Part shown: positions 1 through 9,447 of the stretch, piece by piece | Numbering within the stretch: the first letter of the stretch is position 1 | Layout: the number at the start of each line of letters is the position of its first letter | NCBI GenBank assembly: GCA_037447605.1 | Contig: CM074808.1 | Location: 2,914,001 to 2,978,000, forward strand | From: Zygnema circumcarinatum SAG 698-1b | Taxonomy: Eukaryota; Plantae; Zygnematophyceae | Reading direction: 5' to 3' | DNA: 64,000 nt | Made by a program: the position numbers and the translations under genes | The notes under the pieces: generated by a model | Seen by the model: only the letters and a program-made list of their open reading frames with translations | The model's database searches: none | What the model was told of the DNA's origin: nothing

Positions 1-299
1 GAGCGTGGATGCAGAAGGAGAAAGTTAGCCTCTCGAGGAGAGCAGCGTTCTCGCCAGCAGTGATTTGAAGCGCTTACAATCAAATTTCCCCTTGCAGGCC
101 CGGCAGCCAGGCCTTGCAGCTGCTGCTGGGCAGGGCAGACGGGCGCTGCCGTCAATCATCCCCCGCCCCCTGGCGAGCCATACTGCGACCATCAGCCAAT
201 GAGAATACGCCAAGTAGGCATAACTGTCAACGTGGCGCATCCTCATTGGGACATGCCAAGTCAGACGCTCGCTCTACCCCTAGAGCCCGTGGGACCTTG

Positions 300-725
300 G
301 GAACAATGTGGGATCCCATGGGTACCAATGGTTGCAACCAATGGGTAGGCGGACCCAACCAACTAGTGGCAATGGTTGAGAACCACTGCCAATGATTGTA
401 ACCATTGCATGGAGTATGCAGCCAGCCATCGCCAGTGGTTTCCAGCATTCGTTGTTGTTGATTGCCATGTATTGCTTAAACTTTGAACCCGTGGATTCAA
501 CGGTTGCCAACCATTGCCAATGGCTCAAACCATTGGTTGGGGAACTTGGTCAAGCATTGTAGGAATTGCTTTTACATTTGCCCAAAAGATCGTATGAGTG
601 GTGTGATTAAGGAGTTTCATGCCCACTGTACGTCGGATTGAAACGTGGTTCAGATTTCCCATCGGCAATCGTGGTCCGATGGTTGCCAACCATTGACCAG
701 GGCTGACCAACCCCAATGGTTGTCA
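300..725. repeat. Region dense in CCAATGG/CCATTGG/CAATGGTTG motifs in both orientations; probable degenerate transposon-derived sequence
   Basis: About ten motif copies (e.g. near 325, 339, 370, 389, 505-540, 680-695, 713). No convincing TIR plus TSD pair found. Confidence 0.4.
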
Positions 726-791
726 AACATTGCTTGGGCATGAGCCAAATATTAATATCGTAAATAATAAATTGGATGAAAAAAATAGTTG

Positions 792-911
792 TGGTGCGAT
801 CATACCTAGGCTATTACGCCGGATCCCATCAGAACTCCGCATCTAAGCGTCTGTGGGCTGGAATAGTACTGGGATGGGTAACCTCCCGGGAAGTCCCGGT
901 GTCGCACCCAC
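792..911 (+). rRNA. 5S rRNA gene, solitary and divergent
   Basis: TGGTGCGATCATACC...GCCGGATCCCATCAGAACTCCGCA...TAAGCG...TAGTACTGGGATGGGTAACCTCCCGGGAAGTCC...GTCGCACCCAC aligns with the plant 5S consensus over ~120 nt. The terminal stem GGTGCGA/TCGCACC pairs, and a T-run (Pol III terminator) follows. Confidence 0.9.
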
Positions 912-2467
912 TTTTAGAATTTTTGGCTTTGGTTTTTGCATTTCTAACACTAACAATTCCATTGTCCCAACGTTTCCTTTCAAGTCGCGCCCACAATTGA
1001 AATTTGATGACAACTTAGTTCACTTCGGTGTCCATGTCTAATGGGACGAGCAAGCATCACAAAGCCTAAGCGTGTTGCATCCGTTGCACAACAAATGCGC
1101 AACACTAGTATCCAAACAACATTGGCAAAAGCAAAACAAAGTCACAAGCCCCGAGCTTGCGGACGCGTCATTTAAATTGTTCAATTTGAACAAGTTCGGG
1201 TCAAGCGAACAACTTCCAAAGGCAGTTGTAGTGGTGGCAGCTGTCCGCCTAAAAAAAAGGGCCACCCGCAAGCGGCCATGGACTCCGAGTCTCCGACACA
1301 ACTGAAACCGCAACCGCAACCGCAACCGCAACCAATCTGGGCCTAGGGATGGCCTCACGCGCGAATATGGTTTGAAATTAATTTAAAAATAATATAAATT
1401 TTAGGCCCATCCCTCTCTCGGCCTTGCGCCTTGCCCTAGCGACCTTTTGGCCTTCTGTACGGATAGCAGCCGCGAGGGATAGTCCGTACTGTACGAAAAG
1501 CAAATGGGAGGCACCCTGGACCTCTGCGGGCCGGTTTGTCGGCGTCGTTGCAGCTCGCGCTGCAAGTTGCAGGAGAGGAAAGGGTGGGGGGGGGGAAACC
1601 TGCTTCCTGCTCAGATGTTTTCTGCGGGAGTTGCCGTCATATGTTGCATCAAATCGTCACATGCCGTATCAAATTAATTCATTTCGTCCTAGCAGTAATT
1701 TATTCTATTCGATACAGAAGATGTCATTCCTTGGTTGATTTCCGTTTTTTCCACAATGGCGAACATGCTGAACGACTGAGCTGAACACACGGGCTGGTAG
1801 GGAGTCTTCGCCTCTGCATGGCATTGGAATTCAAAATGTGGACGGTAAAGTTCGTGGAGAAAGTACGGGTGCTAAATTCTGTAAATTATTTAAATCCATG
1901 CGGGAGCAGCTTGTTCAAGTTAAGATCGCCATAAAGTGGATTCTGTAATGAGCTCGTGCACGGTCTTCCCTGTATTCGTTCCGTCATCTATGATTTCTTT
2001 CACCGGAGCATCAGAGATTTCTTTCGCAATGTTTATGTTGAAGGCAAACATTCAAGTATTGATCAGCTTCTCCAGTGCAAGTGCTACAGGTAATACAGTT
2101 TGTCAAAAGGCGGCAATTTTCTTCACTAGAAGCAAGAATCTTGGGAGGTACCATTCTTTCTTTGCTTGCATGTTTACTCGTTGCTTGATTCGGGACAAAA
2201 AGTTCTGATATGTTTCATTTATAGCTCACAGACTGCAGGTTGTGCGGTTTGGTAAACTGAAGGTCCTACTGGTGTTCATCTAAGGATAAATTAGCAGCAC
2301 CCATGTAAAAATCGGTTGTTACTGTTTGCGGCACCTGACAACAATGCTGATTTTCCCCATCGCAGGGCTAAAACTGAGTGAAGCTAATGATCATCTGGCT
2401 TGAAAACTACTGAAACCTGAATAGACTTTATATCTGTGAACGAAAAGCTCCCAGGAAAGCACAGAGC

Positions 2468-4060
2468 ATGGCGAAATATTCGTGGTTTCCTTCTTTTTGG
2501 AAGAAGCAAGGAAAGAGAAGCTCAGGTGGTTCTTCTGGAATTGGTCTCCCACGTCTTGACGCCAGCTTTTCAACGAGTGATGAAGGACAGCCGCTGTTCG
2601 TTGGAAGACCAACAAAACCAATAGTGACACATACTACTTTGTTCAGCAAGCCTACTCTGCCTAGCCTTTTCACTGTCAAGCCTGCTTATTTTCAACTACC
2701 AGTGGCTGAAGGCAAGCAGCCGTCCTCTGCAATACTATGCATCTCCGTCCTTTTATTGTTAGTTTCGTCGGCACTGCTGTGTGGCGCCTTTACCCTGTAT
2801 TTTCTCTCTAGGTCTGGCTCAAGTGTGTTGGTTGACAATACCACAGCTCCAGGAACTACCCATGACCTGGAAGACGCAGGCAATCAGCCACTCCCTCCTG
2901 GACCACTCCAGTCAGACCCGTCCTTACCAGCATCTTCCACCAGCTCCGAGCAGGATCAGTCGCAGTCTTCTGAACCAGGCTCTGAACCTTCTATCCCTCA
3001 GCCGGGTGGTGGTGAAAACCTTCATGGCAGTGGCCCAGGACCGCAGCCGAATGGCGCACATGGGGAATACTTTCTACCTTCTGAAGAAGACACTAAAATC
3101 CTACTTCTTTATCAGTTCTATCATACGCAGGAAGCATGGAGTCACATCCACAATGTGCCACCTTTCAGAGGAATCTGTGACTATCCCCAAATGGTCCGTC
3201 CAAGCAGCAATGACGTTGATGCGCCTTCCCTCCTACCAATCCTTCAGGATGTCGCTTATCAGGGACTCTTATGTGAATATGGTGCCATGCTTACAATTGA
3301 TAGCCATATGCAGGCTATTCAAGGAGCTGTGCCGTGGATTGGGTTTCAAAGCTGGAGGGCAACAGACCGTGGTATTGCTCTTTCTCCCTTAGCGCTGCAT
3401 CACCTTGAAGAGTATGTCAGGGCAAACCATCGAGTAGGCCCTGTGCCAGACACGAACATCTTCTACTACTGGGTAGCATATGGGCCTCTCGACTTTTATC
3501 AAGACTGTGACACAAGCTATGGAAAATGCTCCCATGTTTTCGCTGCGGTTTTTCAAGAATTGCTGAATACGGATGCAATCCTCGGATCGACGTCGGACAG
3601 AACCCTTTTTTTTCCTGCCAACCAGGAACATTTGCCGCCAATGCCAATCCACGGCCGAGGGTTCGCATGCTGCTCATATTGGCTCATGCATGTGGACAGC
3701 TTCAGGAGATTCATGAGATTCCTGCGGCTTTTTTATGTCACGTTAGAAAGTCTGTTTCATGTTCACGACAATGCGGAAGCTTGCCCCTTAGGAATCCGTG
3801 ATCAGCGGGAGTCGGCAAGCCAGTGCTGGTGCTTCATCATGGAAAGGCTTGTCAACATTTGGGTTTACCATACGGGACATAAAATGATGTTTGTTGATCG
3901 TGATGGGTCTCTGGACGAGCAGTTCCCTGTTCCGGAGAGGATCAGCTGGGCTGATCGGTTCACGTCAGAGAACTTGGACAGACTTGAGCGGAGCTTCCCA
4001 CAGCGATTGCTGCCGAGGGAGGCGGAGCTTTATCGGAGGTTGGGAGCAGAGATGGCCTAA
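2468..4060 (+). CDS. Intronless type II membrane protein, putative glycosyltransferase-like (weak DUF4422-like C-terminal motif)
   Basis: 530-aa ORF with a cytosolic N-terminus, one TM helix (ILCISVLLLLVSSALLCGAFTLYFL), a Pro/Ser stem and a Cys/Trp-rich globular domain (PWIGFQSWR; CWCFIMERLVNIW). Confidence 0.7.
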   Translation: MAKYSWFPSFWKKQGKRSSGGSSGIGLPRLDASFSTSDEGQPLFVGRPTKPIVTHTTLFSKPTLPSLFTVKPAYFQLPVAEGKQPSSAILCISVLLLLVSSALLCGAFTLYFLSRSGSSVLVDNTTAPGTTHDLEDAGNQPLPPGPLQSDPSLPASSTSSEQDQSQSSEPGSEPSIPQPGGGENLHGSGPGPQPNGAHGEYFLPSEEDTKILLLYQFYHTQEAWSHIHNVPPFRGICDYPQMVRPSSNDVDAPSLLPILQDVAYQGLLCEYGAMLTIDSHMQAIQGAVPWIGFQSWRATDRGIALSPLALHHLEEYVRANHRVGPVPDTNIFYYWVAYGPLDFYQDCDTSYGKCSHVFAAVFQELLNTDAILGSTSDRTLFFPANQEHLPPMPIHGRGFACCSYWLMHVDSFRRFMRFLRLFYVTLESLFHVHDNAEACPLGIRDQRESASQCWCFIMERLVNIWVYHTGHKMMFVDRDGSLDEQFPVPERISWADRFTSENLDRLERSFPQRLLPREAELYRRLGAEMA

Positions 4061-5775
4061 TGGCGAGCACCGGAAGCAGACGGTGAGTTCAGTTTTGATT
4101 AAAAGTCAATCGAACTTCAAGCCGCATGCAGCGTTTTGAGCTTGCAAACTCCCCGCTTGCTCGGTGTACTCTTCTGTACTTTTAAGTTTCTGTATGGTGT
4201 ACATGTAGATAGTAGATGTTGGAACAGCAGACTCTGTTGGGCTGGTTTCCTACCTTGGGGTAGTGACTTTTTTAGCCTGTGAATCCTGTTCACCAGGTTA
4301 TTAGGGGGTGTCAGACTTAAAACTTGTTCGTAAGTTTGAGATCAGAACGAGTACTCCGGCAAAATCGTGATCTTGCTGCGGCGGAGTACTTCTGAAACAT
4401 TGTTCGTAAGGTTTTGTTAAGTCCGTCACCCCCTGTTTGTTGCTGCGACAACAAAAAACTTGAAAGCTGTTAATCTTCTTTCGCATGTAGGATTACATCT
4501 ACAAAAAGGAGAAACGACAATAGTTTGTACTGTCGTTTCATGTCTATCGGTGATTTTACTCTTTTCGTTTCTGAGTATTGGCTACCGTTTATGTTCATTC
4601 TGAGGGTAGTTCTTACCAAAGTGGATAGGTGGTGATTTCTTAGCGCCGCATGTTAAAGGAGTCATTTTTTTTCGCAGCCGCAATCAAGGTCCACGGATGA
4701 TGCCGGCTGTGCAGAATCCGGCTGCTAGGAACGAAAGCAGAAGGCTCGGAAACAGCTTTGTCATTCTCGCTTTGATTTACAGCCAGTTCATACCGATACT
4801 TGTACCGTAATTAACAATAATAATAATAACCGTAACTTCAACGTTAACTCCTGTCAATGCAAGCATGCAAAGACCCTCTTGCCGTAGCAGCGCCACACTA
4901 TTGGCAGTGCCTCCTCATCTGTCGCCTGGCAAATAAAAACTAGCTTCACTGTGTCAGCACGAGAGCATTAAGGCCAGTCAGAAGGGCCTCTCCTCCGCTT
5001 CTTCCAAGACACTAACTTAGGCAGCCTGCAATTTCAGCCTATAATGTGTGGGCCTTAGTCAACTGACGCTATTTAACTAGCATTTGCTTCACTACCAGGC
5101 GGTTTTTCCAACTGTGGCCAGCATCAGCCTTCCCGAGCGGGCACACCCCACCCACGACTGTCAACTAACAACAGAAAATGGGCTAATCGGACACCATAGA
5201 AATTTGACAGGGGTTGTAAAATTCTCGTGGGCACCTTAAAAACGACCAAGAAGATCGCATACATGAATGGAACTTGATATGGCTGCATGCCATGAACTAT
5301 TGTAAATGCTCTACTGTTGCGTTCATCTGTACTGGGAGCTGCCTATTTTATGAACACTAACATTCATCTTTACTGAGAGCTGCCTATTTTTTGGACACTA
5401 ACTTGAAACAATGGCAACTTAAGTGTCACCTTGATCATGTCGAGAGCTGCAAGAGAGCCTCTCGAGTTGTGAAATTCGGCCTGCCCCATGGGAAAGCACG
5501 AGTGTGCAGCATCAGCAGCCAAAACATGGAGTTGCATAATAAACAGGTATGGATTTTTTCAACAAGCCAGAAAGTGCGCCCAAGTTTTTATAACATAACG
5601 TCTTTCAACAAAAAAAGGAAAAGGCTAAGGCTCCAAAATTTACTCGAGGTACTTAGTACAAGTAAAGGAAAAGGATCACCAAAGGAAAGGCCTAGCTCTG
5701 CTTGCTTACCACAAAGATTCGTCTGGATGGCACGCTCCTGTCCAACCTTCACCGTTTTAGCGTACATTCTTCAAG

Positions 5776-7926
5776 TCACACGGACATCCGTTTCAACTCC
5801 TCCAGCCTCGCCTTCAAGCTGGAAATCTCAGCCGCCCATTCTGGACGAACCTGAATGGGCTTCACAGGACCTTCAGGCACTTTCTTTTCCAGACGCGAAG
5901 CCCCTGCCCGCTCCTTGCGAGCGTTTCCTGAGCCTGCCCCTTTCTGCTTCTCTTCAGCCTTTGCTTTCTCAATGGCAACTTTTTGCATTGCAGCGAGAAT
6001 CATCTCTCCTGTAATTCGTGGCTTTCCCACATCACTACTCTCTTTTGGCGCTTCCTTGTCCGTTTCCTCCGTGCTTGATTCTGTTGAGTTTGCCATCACG
6101 TCATCCGATTCACTGGATCCTTTCGTCCACCTGTCACCTCTGAACTTTCGACCTTTCACATCACTGTGAACGTCGTTAGCCAAGACGGTTTTTGCTGCGG
6201 TACTCTCCGAAGTTGCACTAGGTAAAGGTACAGACTCTTCTCTCCTCTTATTTCTCCCTCTCTGCTCTCCAGCATTTCTAGTCTCCTCGCTCTTTTGATC
6301 TCTGACTTTTGATCTCCCATGTAACCTGGATCTCGGAGCTTGTGTCCCATTATTCGCATTCTCTTTCACTTCCTCCCTCACACGGCTCTTGCTCGTAGAT
6401 GTCTCCTTTTTCAGCCTTCTGAGACCATTTTGCCCCAGTTTTTCCTGCCCATCCTCATCAGCATTTGCAACCGCCGCTTTCCCAGTTGGTTCGTGCTTTG
6501 AATGTTTTCGATTTACACGGTCTTGTTCCTCCTCTTCTCCTGATGTCTTCTGTTCTTCACTCTTTCCAATTGACCGACTCTCAATTAAATCGTCACTGTT
6601 TTTTAGTTCCGCCATTTGAGTTTTAGCATCTTCATCGATGTCCCGTTCGTCACCCAATTCCTCCCGATCATCTAGGTTGTTGTCACTCCAACTGTCTGAC
6701 TGTGAAACTGGAAACCCGTCCGCAACAGTAATAGCAGGATCCGCAACAGTAATAGCAGTATCCGCAACAGGTGAAAATCCAGCCTTCAAGATGGCCATTC
6801 CAGAAAAGGGGTTACTTCCTCCTCCCTGAGGTATCCTACGCTCCGCACGCTTTGCTCGCTCCTTATTGATTGAACGCCCAGCTCGTGCTCGAGAAGCCGC
6901 TTGCTTGGACACCGCAGGCTCATTACCATCACGGACAATATGCTCACTGCCAAAATTCCTACTTTCCGACTGTGTCCCCTCAGACTGCAGCGGGACATGG
7001 GCCGGCTTATAAACATTTTGCTTTCCAAGTGCATCTGTCTCTGCTCCAGCGCTTGTTTCTTTGTCCACTGTCTCCTCAAATTGAACTTCCGTGGTAAAGT
7101 CTTTTGAGTTCTCTGATGAAACTTCCAACAGTTCAGGAACAGCCGGAACGAGCTGTGCTCTAAGGTCCACGAGAGCTGCAAAAGGTGATGAGCGACTCAC
7201 TCCTTTCGCTAATTTTTCATCCACTTCCAGGGAATTAGAGGCTTCCACATATCCGGACATTGCTGCCCGAGGCAACTCCAACCGCTTTGCAGGCTGCAGT
7301 CCAGTCAATGCTGATAGTTCATCTAATTTAGCTGCTGTTGCTGATCCTGAATTAGATTCCCTTACAGAACGACTTAATATCGACTGAACCCTACCAATTG
7401 TACCGCCATTGAGACGAACTTTCACGCCGCGTGGATGAAAGCTACTGTTTGTTAGTACTTCAGCCACAATGCCGCGTGTCAGTTTACCTGATCGCTGGTC
7501 TTCCTTGCACACTACCTCTACCTCTACGCCTGGAGGAACCCGACTTCGCACGCAGGCATCCTTTGAGGGCGTAACTTGCGCCGAAATAGGGGCTTTCGAT
7601 GAATTACGCGCTTGGAAACCCTTTCCATTGCGATGCTGCATAGATATGCCTTCAAATGGAATGCCTAGAAAGTGAGACGATGCCGAAGTCTGACAGGAAA
7701 GGCGGTGCGTCTTCTCACAGGACTTCATGGCGGCAGACGTCGTTGGGGGCTTCCCCGCAGTCACACTGACGCCATTTTTCCGTCCAAGAAAGACGAAGGT
7801 ACCTTCCGACATAGGCTCCACAAATATATGGAAACTTGCAACGCAGGGATGCCTCCCCATGGGAGCCGCTCTCCTGATGGCGGCCATGTCTGCTGGCGCC
7901 CCCCCACCCGCTACCGCAGCCGCCAT
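5776..7926 (-). CDS. Intronless 716-aa protein with a YwbE/DUF2196 domain, a long charged low-complexity region and a C-terminal coiled motif; possibly organelle-targeted
   Basis: aa ~127-184, RSRVPPGVEVEVVCKEDQRSGKLTRGIVAEVLTNSSFHPRGVKVRLNGGTIGRVQSIL, matches the YwbE pattern. The C-terminus is GPVKPIQVRPEWAAEISSLKARLEELKR. Confidence 0.8.
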   Translation of the reverse strand: MAAAVAGGGAPADMAAIRRAAPMGRHPCVASFHIFVEPMSEGTFVFLGRKNGVSVTAGKPPTTSAAMKSCEKTHRLSCQTSASSHFLGIPFEGISMQHRNGKGFQARNSSKAPISAQVTPSKDACVRSRVPPGVEVEVVCKEDQRSGKLTRGIVAEVLTNSSFHPRGVKVRLNGGTIGRVQSILSRSVRESNSGSATAAKLDELSALTGLQPAKRLELPRAAMSGYVEASNSLEVDEKLAKGVSRSSPFAALVDLRAQLVPAVPELLEVSSENSKDFTTEVQFEETVDKETSAGAETDALGKQNVYKPAHVPLQSEGTQSESRNFGSEHIVRDGNEPAVSKQAASRARAGRSINKERAKRAERRIPQGGGSNPFSGMAILKAGFSPVADTAITVADPAITVADGFPVSQSDSWSDNNLDDREELGDERDIDEDAKTQMAELKNSDDLIESRSIGKSEEQKTSGEEEEQDRVNRKHSKHEPTGKAAVANADEDGQEKLGQNGLRRLKKETSTSKSRVREEVKENANNGTQAPRSRLHGRSKVRDQKSEETRNAGEQRGRNKRREESVPLPSATSESTAAKTVLANDVHSDVKGRKFRGDRWTKGSSESDDVMANSTESSTEETDKEAPKESSDVGKPRITGEMILAAMQKVAIEKAKAEEKQKGAGSGNARKERAGASRLEKKVPEGPVKPIQVRPEWAAEISSLKARLEELKRMSV

Positions 7927-8170
7927 GGAGGGACCTTCGAGCTCGCGGTCCGCATTGCGATTTAAGGTTCCATGGCCAAAGTTCCAGTTCTAGTAGAACA
8001 GTACTGTGACCATGTACAATGAACCAGATTTCTCTAATTTCGTTCCAGGACTGCTTTCCTCGTTCTGTTAATTCTGATAGTTTTTGAACGGGGCACAGCT
8101 CAGTTGAACCGTTAGTCGTTTCCATGTCCGTACGTTCCCCTCCAAACTCCCTGCTCCAGTTGCGCGTTCC

Positions 8171-8980
8171 CACGTGGCACAATGACGACGATACCACCGC
8201 TTACAAGCCAACACGTTTCGCCAGCTCTGGCCTGCCACGCGTCAGCTCATGCCAGCCCCTTCATCGCCGGCGCCGGTCCCCTGCCATGCAGGCGCCCCAT
8301 CGCGTCCAGCCACGTGGCCGCACGTGCCGCCATCGCCAAGTGACTTGGCGCCCGCGGCCGCGGCGGTGGCGGAACCCTCCTGTACGGCCCATGCCACGTG
8401 TCCCTCCCTCTCTTCCCCGGCCGGTAGCCGTCCCCCCCGCGGGCGGACGCGGCCACGCGGCGCCGCCCGCCGCCCTCGGCCCATGTCCGCCGGACGCTCC
8501 GCCGCGCGCCACGTGGCCCCCTCTCCGCGCGCTCGCACCCGCGGCGAGCTCTGAGAACGCGTATTCGCACGTGGGACCGGAAAGTCCCGCCCGCACATTT
8601 GCCACGTGGCAGGACGTGGTCCCGCGACGTTTTCCAGTTCCGAAGTTTGGACGCGCACGGCGCATTTTCCCGCGCAGGGGCATCATGGGGCGTGCAAGGG
8701 CCTGCAAGGCCGGCGGCGTTTCCCGGGCCGGGCCGGCCGATGCCCGCACTCCCTCGGCCATGCAGGCGGGCGGGCGGTGTCAAGTCAGTCAGCGAGTCAG
8801 GGAGTCCTCGTCGCCGCGCAGGCACGCCTCGAAGAGGACGAGGCGAGGGAGGGAGGGAGGGAAGGGCCGAGGGAGGGAAGGAGGGGCCGAGGCCGAGGCC
8901 GAGGCGAGGCCGCTTTCCGCGGGTGGCCGGGGCCTTCCTGGGTGTTGCCGCTCCGCTTCGAGCGGCCCGCACATCTATTA
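8171..8980. promoter_or_regulatory. GC-rich bidirectional promoter with a G-box/ABRE cluster and a TATA-like element
   Basis: Perfect CACGTG at 8171, 8311, 8321, 8395, 8510, 8568 and 8603; CTATTAAG near 8975; lies between the divergent YwbE-domain and AP2 genes. Confidence 0.65.
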
Positions 8981-9447
8981 AGAGGGAGGGCAGGCGCTGC
9001 GGTCAGGGGCTGGATTTGATTGTCGGAGGCAGTTGATTTCTCTGTTCTGTGATCCCTTGCGTCGCTGCTGTGTTCGCAGGCTGGCGGTGGTGTTCCAAGC
9101 TTGCGATTTGAGAGGGTTAGAGTGCTTGCATCGCGTTACACGACGCAGTAACTGGGTGTAAGGTGGTGTTCAAACTTTGTCTGCCGAGCTGGGGAGAACC
9201 GGTGTTCAAGTTCCGTCCTGACGCGGTATCTTGAAGAGTCCTAGCTTGAACCAAACTGCTGAATGGCAAGTGAGCGACTGGGGGGCCTGAGACGCCTTGT
9301 TTCTTCAAAGCTGCAGCACCTTTCGAGCTGATTGCAGGATCCCACCATCTCTCCGATAAGGCTGGTCACTTGAGCCTGCTTGCAAGCTGCAGGCTTTTGC
9401 AAAGCGATTTCTTTTTCAATTGTTCAGTGGAGGAGTAAGTTAGCGAC

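Noticed and set aside
1038-1358. Cys-rich minus-strand ORF (LLCNGCNTL) resembling an LSD1 zinc finger
   Set aside because: Cys spacing does not fit the LSD1 pattern and no splice-supported gene model was found.
5201-5223. ~22-bp similarity to 25529-25550 (inverted)
   Set aside because: Too short and AT-rich to separate from chance without a genome-wide search.
8124-9036. Many overlapping 100-285 aa Arg/Pro/Ala-rich ORFs
   Set aside because: Expected artefact of a very GC-rich promoter: ORFs occur in all frames, show no domain, and overlap the G-box cluster.
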